This document shows positions 21,170-35,485 of a DNA stretch of 64,000 bases, in pieces. This DNA is from the human T2T-CHM13v2.0 reference genome, Homo sapiens. The translations under genes and the position numbers were made by a program. The notes under the pieces are model-generated. The model made no database searches and was not told the origin of the DNA. It saw nothing but the letters and a program-made list of their open reading frames with translations. The stretch is from assembly GCF_009914755.1 (NCBI RefSeq), contig NC_060933.1; one strand, written 5' to 3'. How positions within the stretch are numbered: position 1 is the stretch's first letter; each line of letters starts with the position of its first letter.

Positions 21170-22020
21170 ATCAGGTATTCTTATTTTACAAGTGAAGAAA
21201 CTGAGGCACAGAAGGATTAAGTGACTTGACCAAAGTCTTCTAGCAAGTGGTCTCCTGAACCGACAGCCTTTCTATGTACCACATTCAACCTATCAAATGG
21301 AGTATTTCACAATAACTGTCTCTGCTGGTGCTTATTTCCACATAGGTCACATTCATTCAGCAAACATATTGAGCAACTAGTTTGTGTCTGTCTTTCTTAG
21401 GAGTTGAGGAGACAATGACGGAGAGGACACAGTCCTGCTTTTGAGGAGCACATGGTCTAGGTGTGTTGACAGACACATGAACAACATTTTATATAATGTG
21501 AGAAACACTATAATCACAGCATGAGTACGGCATTGTAGGGACACCACTGAGAATGTCTTTACAGATGTGGTAGAAACTGAGTGGGTCTTGAAGAATTCAA
21601 AGGAGTTTGTCAGACAGGGATGGGGATTCCCAATGGAAGAAGCTTCATGTGCAGAGGCCCAGAGTTGTGCAAGGTGGGAACAAGGACGCTGAGGATGGAA
21701 AAGAGATTGGAGTGTGGCAGTGCAGGGAGGGGGAGATTTCATACTTGTCTACTAAAAACGTTAGATACCTTTAGCTTTATGACAAACTCACTGTTTTGTG
21801 GTTCTTCATTTTTCACTAGTTTCACCAAGACAGACTTTTTTGGGGGCCGTTCCTATAGATCTTACTTCTCACATTTTAATGAGTATGATGTATCACCTGG
21901 GGATTTTGTTAGAGTGCAGATTCTGATTCTGAGAGGGGCCTGCTAGTCTGCATTTCTAGAAGATTCCATGTCAGATTCTCGCTGCTGGAGCCTGGACCAC
22001 ACTTTGAATAGCAAAGCTTA
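21170..22020. mobile_element. MIR (~21170-21250), L2 (~21350-21740) and MER5A (~21860-22020) fragments
   Basis: GAAGAAACTGAGGCACAGA (MIR); CATTCATTCAGCAAACATATTGAGCA (L2 3' end); GCAGATTCTGATTC...GGACCACACTTTGAATAGCAA (MER5A). Confidence 0.65.
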
Positions 22021-22976
22021 GTCTGTAAAGTAAGAAATCAGAAGATTGGGTTGACCACATTTGTATTTTAGGAAGTTAAACCAGACAAACATGTGTAAAA
22101 CTGGTTGTAAGCGACTTGCTGCTGCAAGTCACAAAACAAAAGTTCTGCGGATATGTATCCTGTGGGTTATGACTCATTTCAGGAATTCCTCAAATGGCAA
22201 GAATACCTCAAAGATTCATGAAATATGCATTATTTGAATGTACTATGTATGTTTCTTCCTAATTTAATACTTTAGTCCTAGTATAGAAGTGGAATTTTAG
22301 TAGAATTCTTATAAGTAAGTAGTATGTTTCAATTACAGGATATCTACAGCAAAAAATAAAATGACTTAAAAATAATACAAATAAAACCAGCAGTAGTTGA
22401 CTTGGTGCCATCTTTTCTCAGGAACGTGAGTAATGACTGGGTCCCATACATGGAGAACAGATTGCTCCACGCAAGGCCTATTAGAAGTTAACACCAAAGC
22501 AGATGTTCTTGAAGCTACTGTTACCATTATAGATGCAAATCCAGACAAGCTGTTCCCATTTTATAGGAAAAAAAATGTAATAATAAATTACCATACTTAC
22601 CTTAATGGCTTAATAAGAATTCATTAGTGAGCATTCATAAAAGAGGATAAGAAGTTTAAAAATGTACTGCTTAAAATAATTAATACTTTTATCACATCAG
22701 AAGCCTAAGACATAGTAAGCAATAGCAGATGGTAATTTTAATATCTTACAAATATCATGAAGGCTGCTGGAACCCAAGGTAGAAAACTGCAAAATACAAT
22801 GACTTTGGGGTCAGTTGTAATTATAAAGAAGCTCAAAGGTCAGAGACCAGATGGAATCCCTCTCAAGTTTAATCCAGAGATGTTTCTCACAAAGAATTTA
22901 ATAGGTGATTGCTTTCCCTCAAAGCCTATTTGAATGCTAGCCCTGAAAGAATTTACAAATTTTAAAGGGGGAACTT

Positions 22977-23295
22977 GGCCGGGCACGGTAGCTCACACCT
23001 GTAATCCCAGCACTTTGGGAGGCCTAGGAGAGTGGGTCGCCTGAGGTCAGGAGTTCGGGACCAGCCTGGTCAACATAGTGAAACCCCGTCTCTACTAAAA
23101 ATACAAAAAAAAAAAAAATTAGCCTGGTGTAGTGGCACATGCTTGTAATCCCAGCTACTCAGGATGCTGAGGCAGGAGAATTCGCTTGAACCTGAGAGGC
23201 GGCGGTTGCAGTGAGCCAAGATCACACCATTGCACTCCAGTCTGGGCAACACAAGCGAAACTCCGTCTCAAAAAATTATAAAATAAAATAAAATA
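22977..23295 (+). mobile_element. AluS
   Basis: Full dimer; TSD AGGGGGA(A/T)CTT. Confidence 0.9.
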
Positions 23296-23949
23296 CAGGG
23301 GGATCTTATATTCTTTGGCCTTATATTCTATAAGGAGCTTTCTGGTGCCTTGAATCAACACAATTCCTGATGGATTCAAAGCCAAACTTTATGTAGTTTC
23401 CCATTGCCTCATTAAACTGCTCAGTGGTAGAAGCTTTTTCCTGTCCACTGGAAGAACACTAAGGCAGGCTATGACTTTCCTTGTTCATTTTTAGGTAATA
23501 AACAAGTCTTAGGCATGTTATAAGACAAACATAGCCTCAATTTTAAAATATAGTGCAGGTGTCAAAAATAGTTCAAAACTGGAAACCATCTATAAGGCTA
23601 TCTTAGCCATTAAAATCCAAGCTGGTGAGAAGAAATAGGGAGAAGAAGAAATAGAGATGTGTGTATATTTTTAACATTTGGAAACATCTAAAAGCTTTAA
23701 ACTGGGATGTCAAAATGTGCCTTACCTTTTTTTTTTTTTGTAAAAACCCAATTAGCTGATCAAGTATATGAAAAGCTGCCATTCCTCTACCTCCAATCCC
23801 TCCTCATACAAAGCAGTGGTCTTTACTGGGGTCCAAGGATGATGCCCAGTATGTTTACAAAATTATCCTTTGTGATGCAGGGAGAATATTGGAATTATTT
23901 TTCATATTTATTTGTCTGAAAATGAGATACATTAAGCTTTAATAATATT

Positions 23950-24218
23950 TATTTTATTTATTCCTGTTTTTGAGACAGTTCTCGCTCTGTCACCCAGGCT
24001 GGAGTGCAGCGGCTCACTGCAACCTCCGCCTCCTGGGTTCAAGCAATTCTCGTGCTTCAGCCACCTAAGTAGCTGGGATTATAGGTGTGTACCACCACAC
24101 CCAGCTAATTTTTGTATTTTTAGTAGAGATAGGGTTTCAAACTTCTGGCCTCAAGTGATCTGCCCACCTTGGCCTCCCAAAGTGCTAGGATTATAGGCAT
24201 GAGCCACCCCACTCAGCA
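23950..24218 (-). mobile_element. AluS with small internal deletions
   Basis: Antisense dimer. Confidence 0.85.
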
Positions 24219-24279
24219 AGGTTTATTAATATTTAATATTCTAACTGACTTTAGTACCTGCACTTTCTCATCGAATAGA

Positions 24280-24470
24280 AGGATGGGTGGATGGATGGAT
24301 AAAAAGATAGGTAGATAGATAGATAGATGTATGATGTATGTATGGGTAGATAAGTAAATAGATAACAGCTAGATGGATGAGTTAATGGGTGGATAGACAG
24401 ATGATAGATGGATGATAGATGGTTGATAGATAGGGAGGAAAGTAGATAATAGATACATAGATAGATGTAC
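24280..24470. repeat. Degenerate (GGAT)/(GATA)n tetranucleotide repeat
   Basis: Direct reading. Confidence 0.85.
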
Positions 24471-24924
24471 TTTTTTCTTTTCTTTTCTTTTCTTCCTTTT
24501 TTCTTTTTTTTTTTTAATAGCTAGGACTGTGGGATAAACAAAAGTTGGAAACCACTGGTCTAAAATACTAGGACATTTTTGTTTTGCATTTCCAGAATCT
24601 GGCAAGGTACTACTTAATTTATTCAAGTTGTTTTCAAGGGGTACCATTTAAGAGGGCTGATTTTTAGATGGAAAGAACAGTAATGCCAGTAGTACACAGA
24701 TATTATCTAACCTAGAAAATGATTGTCTTGAAAAGGTAGTCCTAATTTTCTTGTATCAGAATTTACTTTGAATAATGCTACAGGAAAAGAGCTGTATGAT
24801 GGATGCCAGGGCAGGCGCGTGCTGTAGACGTGGAAGCAGAAGAGCACCCAGGATATGGGGTGATGAAGAATGTTGTCACAGAGTAGGGAAGAGCAGAACT
24901 CTTTTACCAGGTAGAAGCCCAATA

Positions 24925-24925
<1 letters not shown>

Positions 24926-24965
<40 letters not shown>
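24926..24965. repeat. (CA)20 microsatellite
   Basis: Direct reading. Confidence 0.95.
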
Positions 24966-24968
<3 letters not shown>

Positions 24969-25469
24969 AAAAGAGGAGCACTAATGAGAGGAGAACTGGG
25001 CCTTGAGACCTAGGCTTTCATGCCCCCTTCTTTTGCCTCCCAGAGGCCAGTAAAGCCTCTCTGTGGGCTTCCTGGGTTCCAGGGAGAACAGTTCACATCA
25101 GTGGTATGAAATCACGGCTTTCAAGACTTTGCTTCAGCAGAGACCTATCATAAGAGATGCATTTTACATTGGAAATGCAAACATGTCAGGATGTGTGTTT
25201 CTTGAAACTGCAGCTTGACTTGCTACCTTGAATGCACTGCCATGTCATCTGTTCCTGCATCTGAAATGCTGGCTAGTGTCCCTGGCATTCATGGCACAAG
25301 CCAGTGCAGTTGCAACCCACAGTCTGGAATTCACAGAGAATGGGAGATACGCTAGGAAAGGTTAGTATCAGCTGAAATGTTAAGGGTCTTAAGTTTCAGA
25401 CAAGGAGGTTTAGGCGTTGTTATTTGTAACCAAGAGGGTCTCCTGAGGTTTTTAGAAGGGGGGCAATGT

Positions 25470-25832
25470 GGCCAGACACAGTGGCTCATGCCTATAATCC
25501 CAGCATTTTGGAAAGCCAAGGCGGAAGGATTGCTTGAGCCCGGGAGTTCTAGACCAGTCAGAGCAACATCATGAAACCCTGTCTCTATTAAAAAAAAATT
25601 TAAAAATTATGGTGGCGCGAACTTTAAATGTAAAATTTAAAAACTTCAAATTTAGCATTAAAAAAAAAATGGTGCCACGAACCTGTAATCCCAGCTACTT
25701 GGAAGGCTGAGGCGGGATGACTGCTTGAGCCATGCAAGCAATCATCAAGGTCAAGGCTGCAGTGAGCCATGATTGCACCACTGTATTCCAGCCTGGGCGA
25801 CAGAGTGAGATCCTGTTCCCCCCAAAAAAGAA
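25470..25832 (+). mobile_element. AluJ with a rearranged linker
   Basis: Both arms present; extra AT-rich insert at ~25623-25668. Confidence 0.85.
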
Positions 25833-26762
25833 GGTGGGCAGTGTGTCTCAATGTGGGCTTTGGGGAGGTGGTCGGCCTGTAGCAGTAGGCACAGTGTGGT
25901 AGATGGTGCAGGGCTCACTGGCACTGGGGACAGTAGTGATAGCCCACAGACTAGTTTAGGCTCTTGCAGCCTAAACTGGGGGAGTAAAATAGTTATTATG
26001 CTTCTCACCCTCTCCCCCATGATTTTTTTGCCCTTAAAAATGCTACCAGCTCAGACCTAAGGAAGTGTCGCATAGCGATTAGGAGTGTGGCTCTCAAAGT
26101 CACCTCCTTGCTCCTCACCTACCCACTCTGTGCACGTGGCCAGGTGACTTAAATTTCCCTGCCGACCTCTGCGAAAGGCTATTTCTGGGACACAGGAAGA
26201 GCTCTCAAAGTACAGTGAATGTTAGTGGCATTGTGCAGAAGCCCAATGTTAGTGGCATCGCGCAGAAGCCCAGAGGACCACACTTCCTCGGGAGTTGGCG
26301 CTCACGGAGTCCAGCTGTGCCAGCCATGTCCCCAGGGAAACAATTCCCCTCTGCAAAGGCAGAACATTCCTCTGAAGCAGCTTCCAAATCTGCTGTCACT
26401 TGCGGCCTGGTCACCTAGTTCTTCAATCACAATTGTGGGAAGAGGGGGCAAAGGAAATGCCAGCAGGGCTCTTGCCTTAGCACTCACTGTGACTGTGTAT
26501 GTTTAAAATACATAAAAGGCATACTCAAAAATGACCTGTTGTTCATTCTTTCTTACGCTTTCATCATAAATATGCGTTACTGCACGTTTAAGGCACCATT
26601 TAATTTTTGGTACGCTATTCATAATACTGAGGTGTAAGAGAACTTGCAAGAACATTAGGCAGGGACAAATAAAAGTAGCAGGCTCTAGCCATCGCTTGTA
26701 TTTTCTTCTGCTTAGCCATTTTTGATTGCTTTCTCCAGTTATTTATTTATTACCCAATATGA

Positions 26763-27439
<677 letters not shown>

Positions 27440-28339
27440 TAGAACTTTCTGGCCTGAGGCTAATTTACTCTCAAACTTAATGAATGGGAAGAGTGACACT
27501 TCCCTCATTTCTGCCTTATTCCATGACTCTGAGGAGGTGCTAAGATGCTTCCTTCTACCTGGAAAAAGTGAGTTTTTAAGTGTGTTTTGCAAGCTTTAGG
27601 CCTAATTTGCATGTTCACAGCAAGTGAAGTGGAAAATATAGACAATTATCTTGATTTTTCTAGAAACACACTCATTTAAAATATCAAAAAATTCAGAATA
27701 TTTTCCCTTGAATTATTTCAGTAATTATCCCAATTTTGTTCTGTATTGATGTTGGTATGATATTAGGTGCCACTTGGGGCATACAATACAAAAGCAACTA
27801 CAAACTGAAGAAGCAAAAAATAACATCATGATACTTATCATACTTTGCGGAAAATGAAGAACAGGTTCATTACAATGCACCATCTTCAGTGACCCTGGCT
27901 CTGCTGGGGTTTCACTGTTGTTGAAGTGTTCAGAACACACTAATGTACCCAGGGAAGGAAGAGCTCTTTGGCTTCTCCAGATCTTTTTCTTGACTCCTGC
28001 TCACCTGCTCTCCTGACTCTCCCACCTGGATTCACCTTGAGCTGACACCCCTGATAAGTCTTTCAGCAGCATTTACAAGGTTACATTTCCTCCAGCCATT
28101 CCTAAGTGAATCAAAGGCATTTTCTTAAGCCTGGAATTCAAGGTCCTTTGGCAACTGGTTCTATGTTCATCTTTGAATTCTGTTACTAATCCTCTGAATA
28201 AATTCCCTTCTGCAATGATGCAGAGTACTTCATCACTTTACCGCCCCCTGCCCCCAACAGTAGTATTCATGCCCAACACGTCTTCCCTGCTCATCCAAGT
28301 TCTAAATTTTCCTTCTCATCTAGGTTCTTTCTTTTTTGC

Positions 28340-29022
28340 TTTCTTTTTATGTCTTTTTTTTTTTTTCCTGAGACAGGGTCTTGCTGTGTCACCCAGGCTG
28401 GAGTGCAGTGGTACAATAACGGCTCACTGCAGCCTTGACCTCCTGGGCTCAAGTGATTGTCCTACTTCAGCTTCTTGACCAGCTGGGACTACAGGCACAC
28501 ACCACCACACTCGGCTAATTTTTAAATTTTTTGCAGAGATGGGGTTTCCCCATGTTGCCCAGGCTGGTCTCGAACTCCTGAGCTCAAGCAATCCTCCTTC
28601 CTGGCCTCCCAAAGTGATGGGATTACAGGTGTGACTACCACACCTGACTAATCCAGGTTCTTTAATTGCCAAAATGTCCTTTAGTTTCTTCCCAGTTCTG
28701 TTTCCTGAGTTTCTTTGGTAGATATATTTCTTTTTTTTTTTTTGAGATGGAGTCTCGCCTTGTCGCCCTCGCTGGAATGCAGTGGCACAATCTTGGCTCA
28801 CTGCAACCTCCGCCTCTTGGGTTCAAGTAATTCTCTGCCTCAGCCTCCCGAGTAGCTGGGATCACAAGCATGCGCCACCATGCCCAGCTAATTTTTGTAC
28901 TTTTAGTAGAGACAGGGTTTCACCATCTTGGCCAGGCTGGTCTTGAACTCCTGACCTTGTGATCTGCCCGCCTTGGCCTCCCAAAGTGCTAGAATTATAG
29001 GCGTGAGCCACTGCACCCAGCC
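28340..29022 (-). mobile_element. AluJ (~28340-28650) and AluS (~28728-29022)
   Basis: Two antisense dimers. Confidence 0.88.
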
Positions 29023-30374
29023 AGATAGATTTCTTTCTACCTATTCTACCTCTTGATAATGTACTCTATTGGCTCTTACTACTTTTAGCATTTTGGTCTT
29101 TCCTTTACAGGTAGATTTAAAACTCTTCACAAGGAGATAGTTTCTTTTTGTTATGTTTCCTTTACAGCATGTTGCACAGAACTGGGTATCCATTAGGCGA
29201 TTCATGGTCATTGAAAATTAGCAGGTAGGGGTGTTCCCTAACCCCTGAGATCTAGATAAGATGACCTCCAGGTCTTAGTTGCATGGGTCGTCACAGTCCA
29301 AGTCTCCTTCCAGATTCTGCAGGTTCCTCGGGTCAGCCTTCATGGCCATGGCCTTGGACTCCTGCTTTCAGACAAGCTGCTCTGCAGAATGCTCACTCAG
29401 ATATAAAGTCCAGCAAACAAAAACTCACAAAAAGCATTTCTGAGTCTAGTAGGACCTACTGAAAATCTAAGGAGGAAATATTCTGGACTGTTTCCATTCG
29501 GCAATGGAAACTATTTCAAATCAGACAGTGGCCTTCTGGGTCCTGTGGCTGCCCACCCACAGGGAGTCTGCATTGGCTCTTTAGCCAGGCAGGGTTCCCT
29601 CCCTTCTCTTTTCTCCTCCATCCTCTTTCTTTCAAAAGCAATCCTCCCCGCTGCCCTAAAAAAGCACAAATCACCACCATCATCTGACTCACTTTCTCTG
29701 CAAAGCAACTTACCTATGTTTGTGCCAGGCATCTACAAACATCACTGTTTTTAGCATTTCTGCTGGGATCCCAGTATCATATCAAAGTTCTTTTCTCAGA
29801 AAGAAAGTTCCCTCTCTCACTAGAAATCTGACATAGCTGTTAGAACAACTTTGTTTTTTAACCCTGTTATACTGAAATATGTTTACTTCAGGGGTTATTA
29901 ATTTTGAGGTTCCTTCCTGTTCTTCATCTCCCTTTTGTTAGATTGCTATGTTATTCTTGAACCACTTCCTTTTTCTCCCTCCTTTCCTACCATGATTTCT
30001 TCCATGTACTCTTTCAAAAGTTTCTTGACCTCCAGAACTTTGGACTTTATTAAGGTTTTTTCCCCAAAGTAACCTTTTCCTTCTCAAGTGGATCAGATTG
30101 ACAAAAGTGAGGTATAAAAAATGGCCGTCATACCTGTCTGGGCTACTTAGCTGAAATAGTTTACTTTAGAAGGCTCTACACAAGTACTTCTGTTTGCCTC
30201 TCTGTAGACTTATCGATACTCAGCAGACAGTAACCACTCTTTGCCGGTCTCCAGCATGACTTAGCAGTGACAGCTTCTCTCTCCCAACTTTCTAAGTAGC
30301 GCCTCTTCGTCAGGAAGTGTCGTCTATTTTCTGGTGCTCATACTACCCCGGGTCTTATTTTCACTAGTTCTTGA

Positions 30375-31211
<837 letters not shown>

Positions 31212-31949
31212 ACAAGTTTTTCTTATTTAAATTTTTTTGGTGCAAGTAGCTGGTGGCCCAGCACAAGACATCCCAGTGGTAATTAATACTACACTTCAAC
31301 AACTCCCCATCTCTGCCCCACAGAACACAAAGCAACAAAAACCAGGTGGGTGCTGCCAATAATTTTCATTTCTGAGAAATAATTCATAGTTTTCAAAAAA
31401 TGAGCTTAACAGCTACTAGTTTTTTAAAAAATGTAACATGATTTCTTTTAAGGTTTTAATTAACAACGGCTGTGTGTCAAAAAGGTGCCCATTTGTGAGG
31501 AATCTGACTTCAGGAGAGGAAACACGTGTGCATATCCATGAGCAATGGAAGACCTACGCTGATGGGGGCTGTTTTAATTTGGGAATGTTTGCTGGTTGAG
31601 GACAAAAAAGAATAAAGTTATTACACAGTTATTATATATCTATACAAGTAGATGCTTAGACAGCAGTTTTACTGATTGACAGAGCAAAGTCACTTTGGAT
31701 ACTCCCTTGGACTCCTTCCTTTTCTCATGCAGGTTGGAGAGACGCCTTAGTCTCATTTCCCGGGTATATCGGGGGAAGAACAAAGTGCCTGACCTGACCG
31801 CTGCTTTTCATGGCCAGCTGGGAGAGTTTCGACAAGTCAACCTCTCAGAGTCTCAGCATTCCTCTTTATAAAAATGGGCACAACAATGAAAAACCGAAAA
31901 TCAAAAAAGGCCAAACAATGGGCACAAGATGGCTATGCAGCTGTGCAGC

Positions 31950-32180
31950 CTTCCCGCGGGGCGCATGCGCATGCGTGCACTGCACAGGGGCGCTGTGGGC
32001 TACCAGGGCGCAGGCCACCCCAACCACCCCCGCCCCCGGCCGCCGACTCTGCCCTGCGCTGCTCCCCACTGCGATTGGCCTGGCTGGTGGCTGTGGCTGC
32101 TGTGTCCTCGCCCAGCCAATGCCCCTGAGGATCACTCAGGTTCCCCACAGGGCTCTCCTGTTCAGTCACTGGGGCGGAAC
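31950..32180. promoter_or_regulatory. Orphan promoter-like element (NRF1, E2F-like, 2x CCAAT, 2x GC box)
   Basis: TTCCCGC 31951-31957; GCGCATGCGCATGCGT 31961-31976; CCCCGCCCC 32028-32036; ATTGG 32074-32078; CCAAT 32116-32120; GGGGCGG 32171-32177; CpGs locally retained. Confidence 0.55.
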
Positions 32181-32529
32181 CCAGTGGGAGCTTTCTCGGG
32201 TTGTGACTGACCGCAGCTTCCTCTCACTATCTAGGCCTGCCGGATAGCCACCTTGCTGGGAATTCTTAAACCTTCTGGAGCTCTGAGGTTTGTGTTTCTT
32301 ATTTTTGAATATAGTTATACATTTATTTGGTTTTAAACACATTTTCTCTCATTCTTGGGGGCTCTGTGAGTGGGAAGGAGAGGCGGTGGTGTTTGGTTGG
32401 TTGACATCATGAAACCAAAGTATCACGGTGTAATTTTACTTTGCGTTTCTTTGGTCTCTAGTGGGATTGGAATTGCTTGTTTATGATATTCCTTTTATTC
32501 CTAAGGAGTTACATTTTTTTTGGGGTGGG

Positions 32530-32830
32530 GGGGGCAATAAGTAAGGTCTTGCTCTGTTGCCCAGTCTGGGGTGCAGTTGTGCCATTGCAGCTCACTACAG
32601 CCTAGAACTCCTGGGCTTGAGCGATCCTCCCTCCTCAGCCTCCTGCAGAGTTAGGACTACAGGCATGTGCCACCATACCCAGCTAATTTTGGGGAGGTTT
32701 TGGGGGTGGGGGTAGTGACAGGATCTCACTATGTTGCCCATTCTTGGCTCAAACTCCTGGACTCAAGCAATTCTCCCACCTAGGCCTCCCAAAGTGCTGG
32801 GATTATAGGCGTGAGCCACCACCCCCGGCC
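32530..32830 (-). mobile_element. AluJ
   Basis: Antisense dimer with G-rich degenerate linker and tail. Confidence 0.85.
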
Positions 32831-33318
32831 ACGAGGGGTCACATTTAAAAATGATCCCAATGATAACTTAGATCCTTGAAATGAAAAGGCAAAAGAAGGC
32901 TAAGGAAAAGAGTTCAAATGGTGATATCTGAGTGTGCTACACACCATGAGCGCCAATATTCACAGATTACTGGGGAAGGTGCTGTTTGCTTCTTCACTGC
33001 TCTGAGAGATCAAAGTTCTTCCTAAAAAAAAACTACTCGAGATTTACCTTTCTTGCTATTATCTACTTATTCTCCCTTTCAGTAGCCCAGAGTGTAAGGT
33101 TCATCCCTTTTTGGACAATTTACCAATAGTTTTCTTAGTACTTTGTCTTTTGGAATGTCTGCTGTTGCACCTCTTATCAAGCGTGCACCCCAGGTACGGA
33201 GGACAGCCACCCGTGCTTGGAATGCTATTTGCATTGACACAACCCAACATTCCACTGTTGTTGACTCTTAGTAAGCTTGAGGGAACTAAAACTCATTTTT
33301 AAAAATGTAGTTATTTTA

Positions 33319-33625
<307 letters not shown>

Positions 33626-33689
33626 TTATTATTTTTCTCCCGGTTGTGAATTTGGATAGTTGCTTTTTTTTTTTTTTAATGTAAGAACC

Positions 33690-33900
33690 TGGCTTTACAT
33701 TGTATCCCTATTATATTTCGTGTTGTTAGATTCATCCTACCCATCTAGGCCGTCAAAGGCTTTTGGATCCTGACTCCCATCGGATATTTTAGCTCTCCTT
33801 CCCTGCTTTATAACTTTCACTTATAAATGAGAAGAGTCTGCCTCTGGGCTTCACCCAGCCACTAGTAAAATACTGGAGAGAGAAGGCCAAGAGCAGAGCC
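33690..33900 (-). mobile_element. Ancient CR1/L3 LINE fragment
   Basis: TTTTGGATCCTGACTCC...TTAGCTCTCCTTCCCTGCTT resembles the L3 ORF2 consensus. Confidence 0.45.
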
Positions 33901-35205
33901 AGGCAGCACATTTCCCTAAGAGCCAGGAGATTTCAGAGAGGAAAGTGACCCCTGTGGCAAAAAGGACAAAGTGGATGGCCTGTGTGTGTGTGTTACTGGC
34001 AGTGCCTTTAATACAAGGCACCATACTTTTTAAAAATATGAAAGTGCAGGAAACTTAGCATATCAAAAATCAGGCTTGTGCTCAAAGCGGAGAGTCACAG
34101 ACTACAGGCACCTAAAACGGGATGCTACCCTTGGGCTCTTCCTGCCTGCATTTTGCCTCCCTGCCAACGTGAGATGCGGGTGAGAAGTGAGGGCTGAGTC
34201 ACTGTCACTCTGCACCAGTTCCAGGACTGCTCAAGTCTTTTACCCACTTCTAGAATAGAAAAGAGGTCAGTGTGGAAAGAGACGATTCTGAAGAGGGCTT
34301 CGGTGAGCAGTTATCTCTGGAGAAAGCTGTGCCTGACTAACACCCAGCCCACCTACCAACCCCCGCAACTTTCCCCCAACCCCACCCCATCCCAGACGCA
34401 GAGGCAGATGCCAGTCACAGGCATTGCAACAGAAGCACTTGGTCCACGTTTGACCACGCTTACTTCTATAATTATGGCAACTGAGCGTCTTGGACAAATA
34501 ACCAATAATGGTCTTATCCTCAATTTACTTAGGAAGTTTTTTTTTTTTTGGACTTCTATAATTTTTAAGCAAACATCTGAAGATATAGAGCCATTCTTCC
34601 TATTCATCATTAATAAATCTTCTAAAATGTCATTATATATACTCAGATTATATATTTTGGCATGTGGTAATTGACGTGTTCTTTGAAATTTTAGAAACTA
34701 AACAGTGTTTAGCTTAGTTCCCTAGATTGTTATACTCTAGAACTGTTAAGACTTATAATAACATAAAAATGCCTCATCCTCAGTCTTTATCTGCTCTTTT
34801 AAAACAGACTTTAATAAAATGCATCAGTGACTCAACTATCCACATCCATGTGTCATACTTAAAGGGTAGATAACTAAGAAGAGGCTGTTACCAAACAACT
34901 TGTATTTTTATACTTAAGAAAATTATAGAGAAAACATAATCTTACAGAAAAATATATAATATAAAGTAATTTAGTGAATTAGTCTCAAATGCAAGAAAAT
35001 TCACTGTTATTTTTCTTTCTTTAGAAGCCTGGAAAAACAAATTATTTGCTGAACTTAGCACTTCAGTTTTCTCTTATTCAGGGGAGAAAACTCTCTCATA
35101 TAAAATGTAAAATATCTTAATATTTATTTTTATAACTTAAATTGACTTTTCTTCTCCATCAAATCAAATGCAATGGAGCAGGAGTTCTGTGTTTGTCACC
35201 AATCC

Positions 35206-35211
35206 TTTATT
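35206..35211 (-). terminator. NFIL3: NFIL3 polyadenylation signal AATAAA
   Basis: TTTATT on the + strand at 35206-35211, ~275 nt after the stop codon. Confidence 0.85.
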
Positions 35212-35485
35212 GAAACTGGTAACTTACACACTTTATAATAGAACAACAAAAATAATGTTCAATATATACAGCCTTCGCATGGACTATCTGACTATACACA
35301 GGCAGAGTGATAACACAATCTAATCTTCATCATAATCTGTGCACAAAAAGACACCAAACAGACAACATGTGCACATCACAGTGAAATGACATCACAGGTC
35401 CAGTGAAAATTCAGCATAATACAAAATGGACTGCTCTATTGCAAATGACATCTTTCTAAATGCCCAGCTCTTACTCAGTAGTAAT

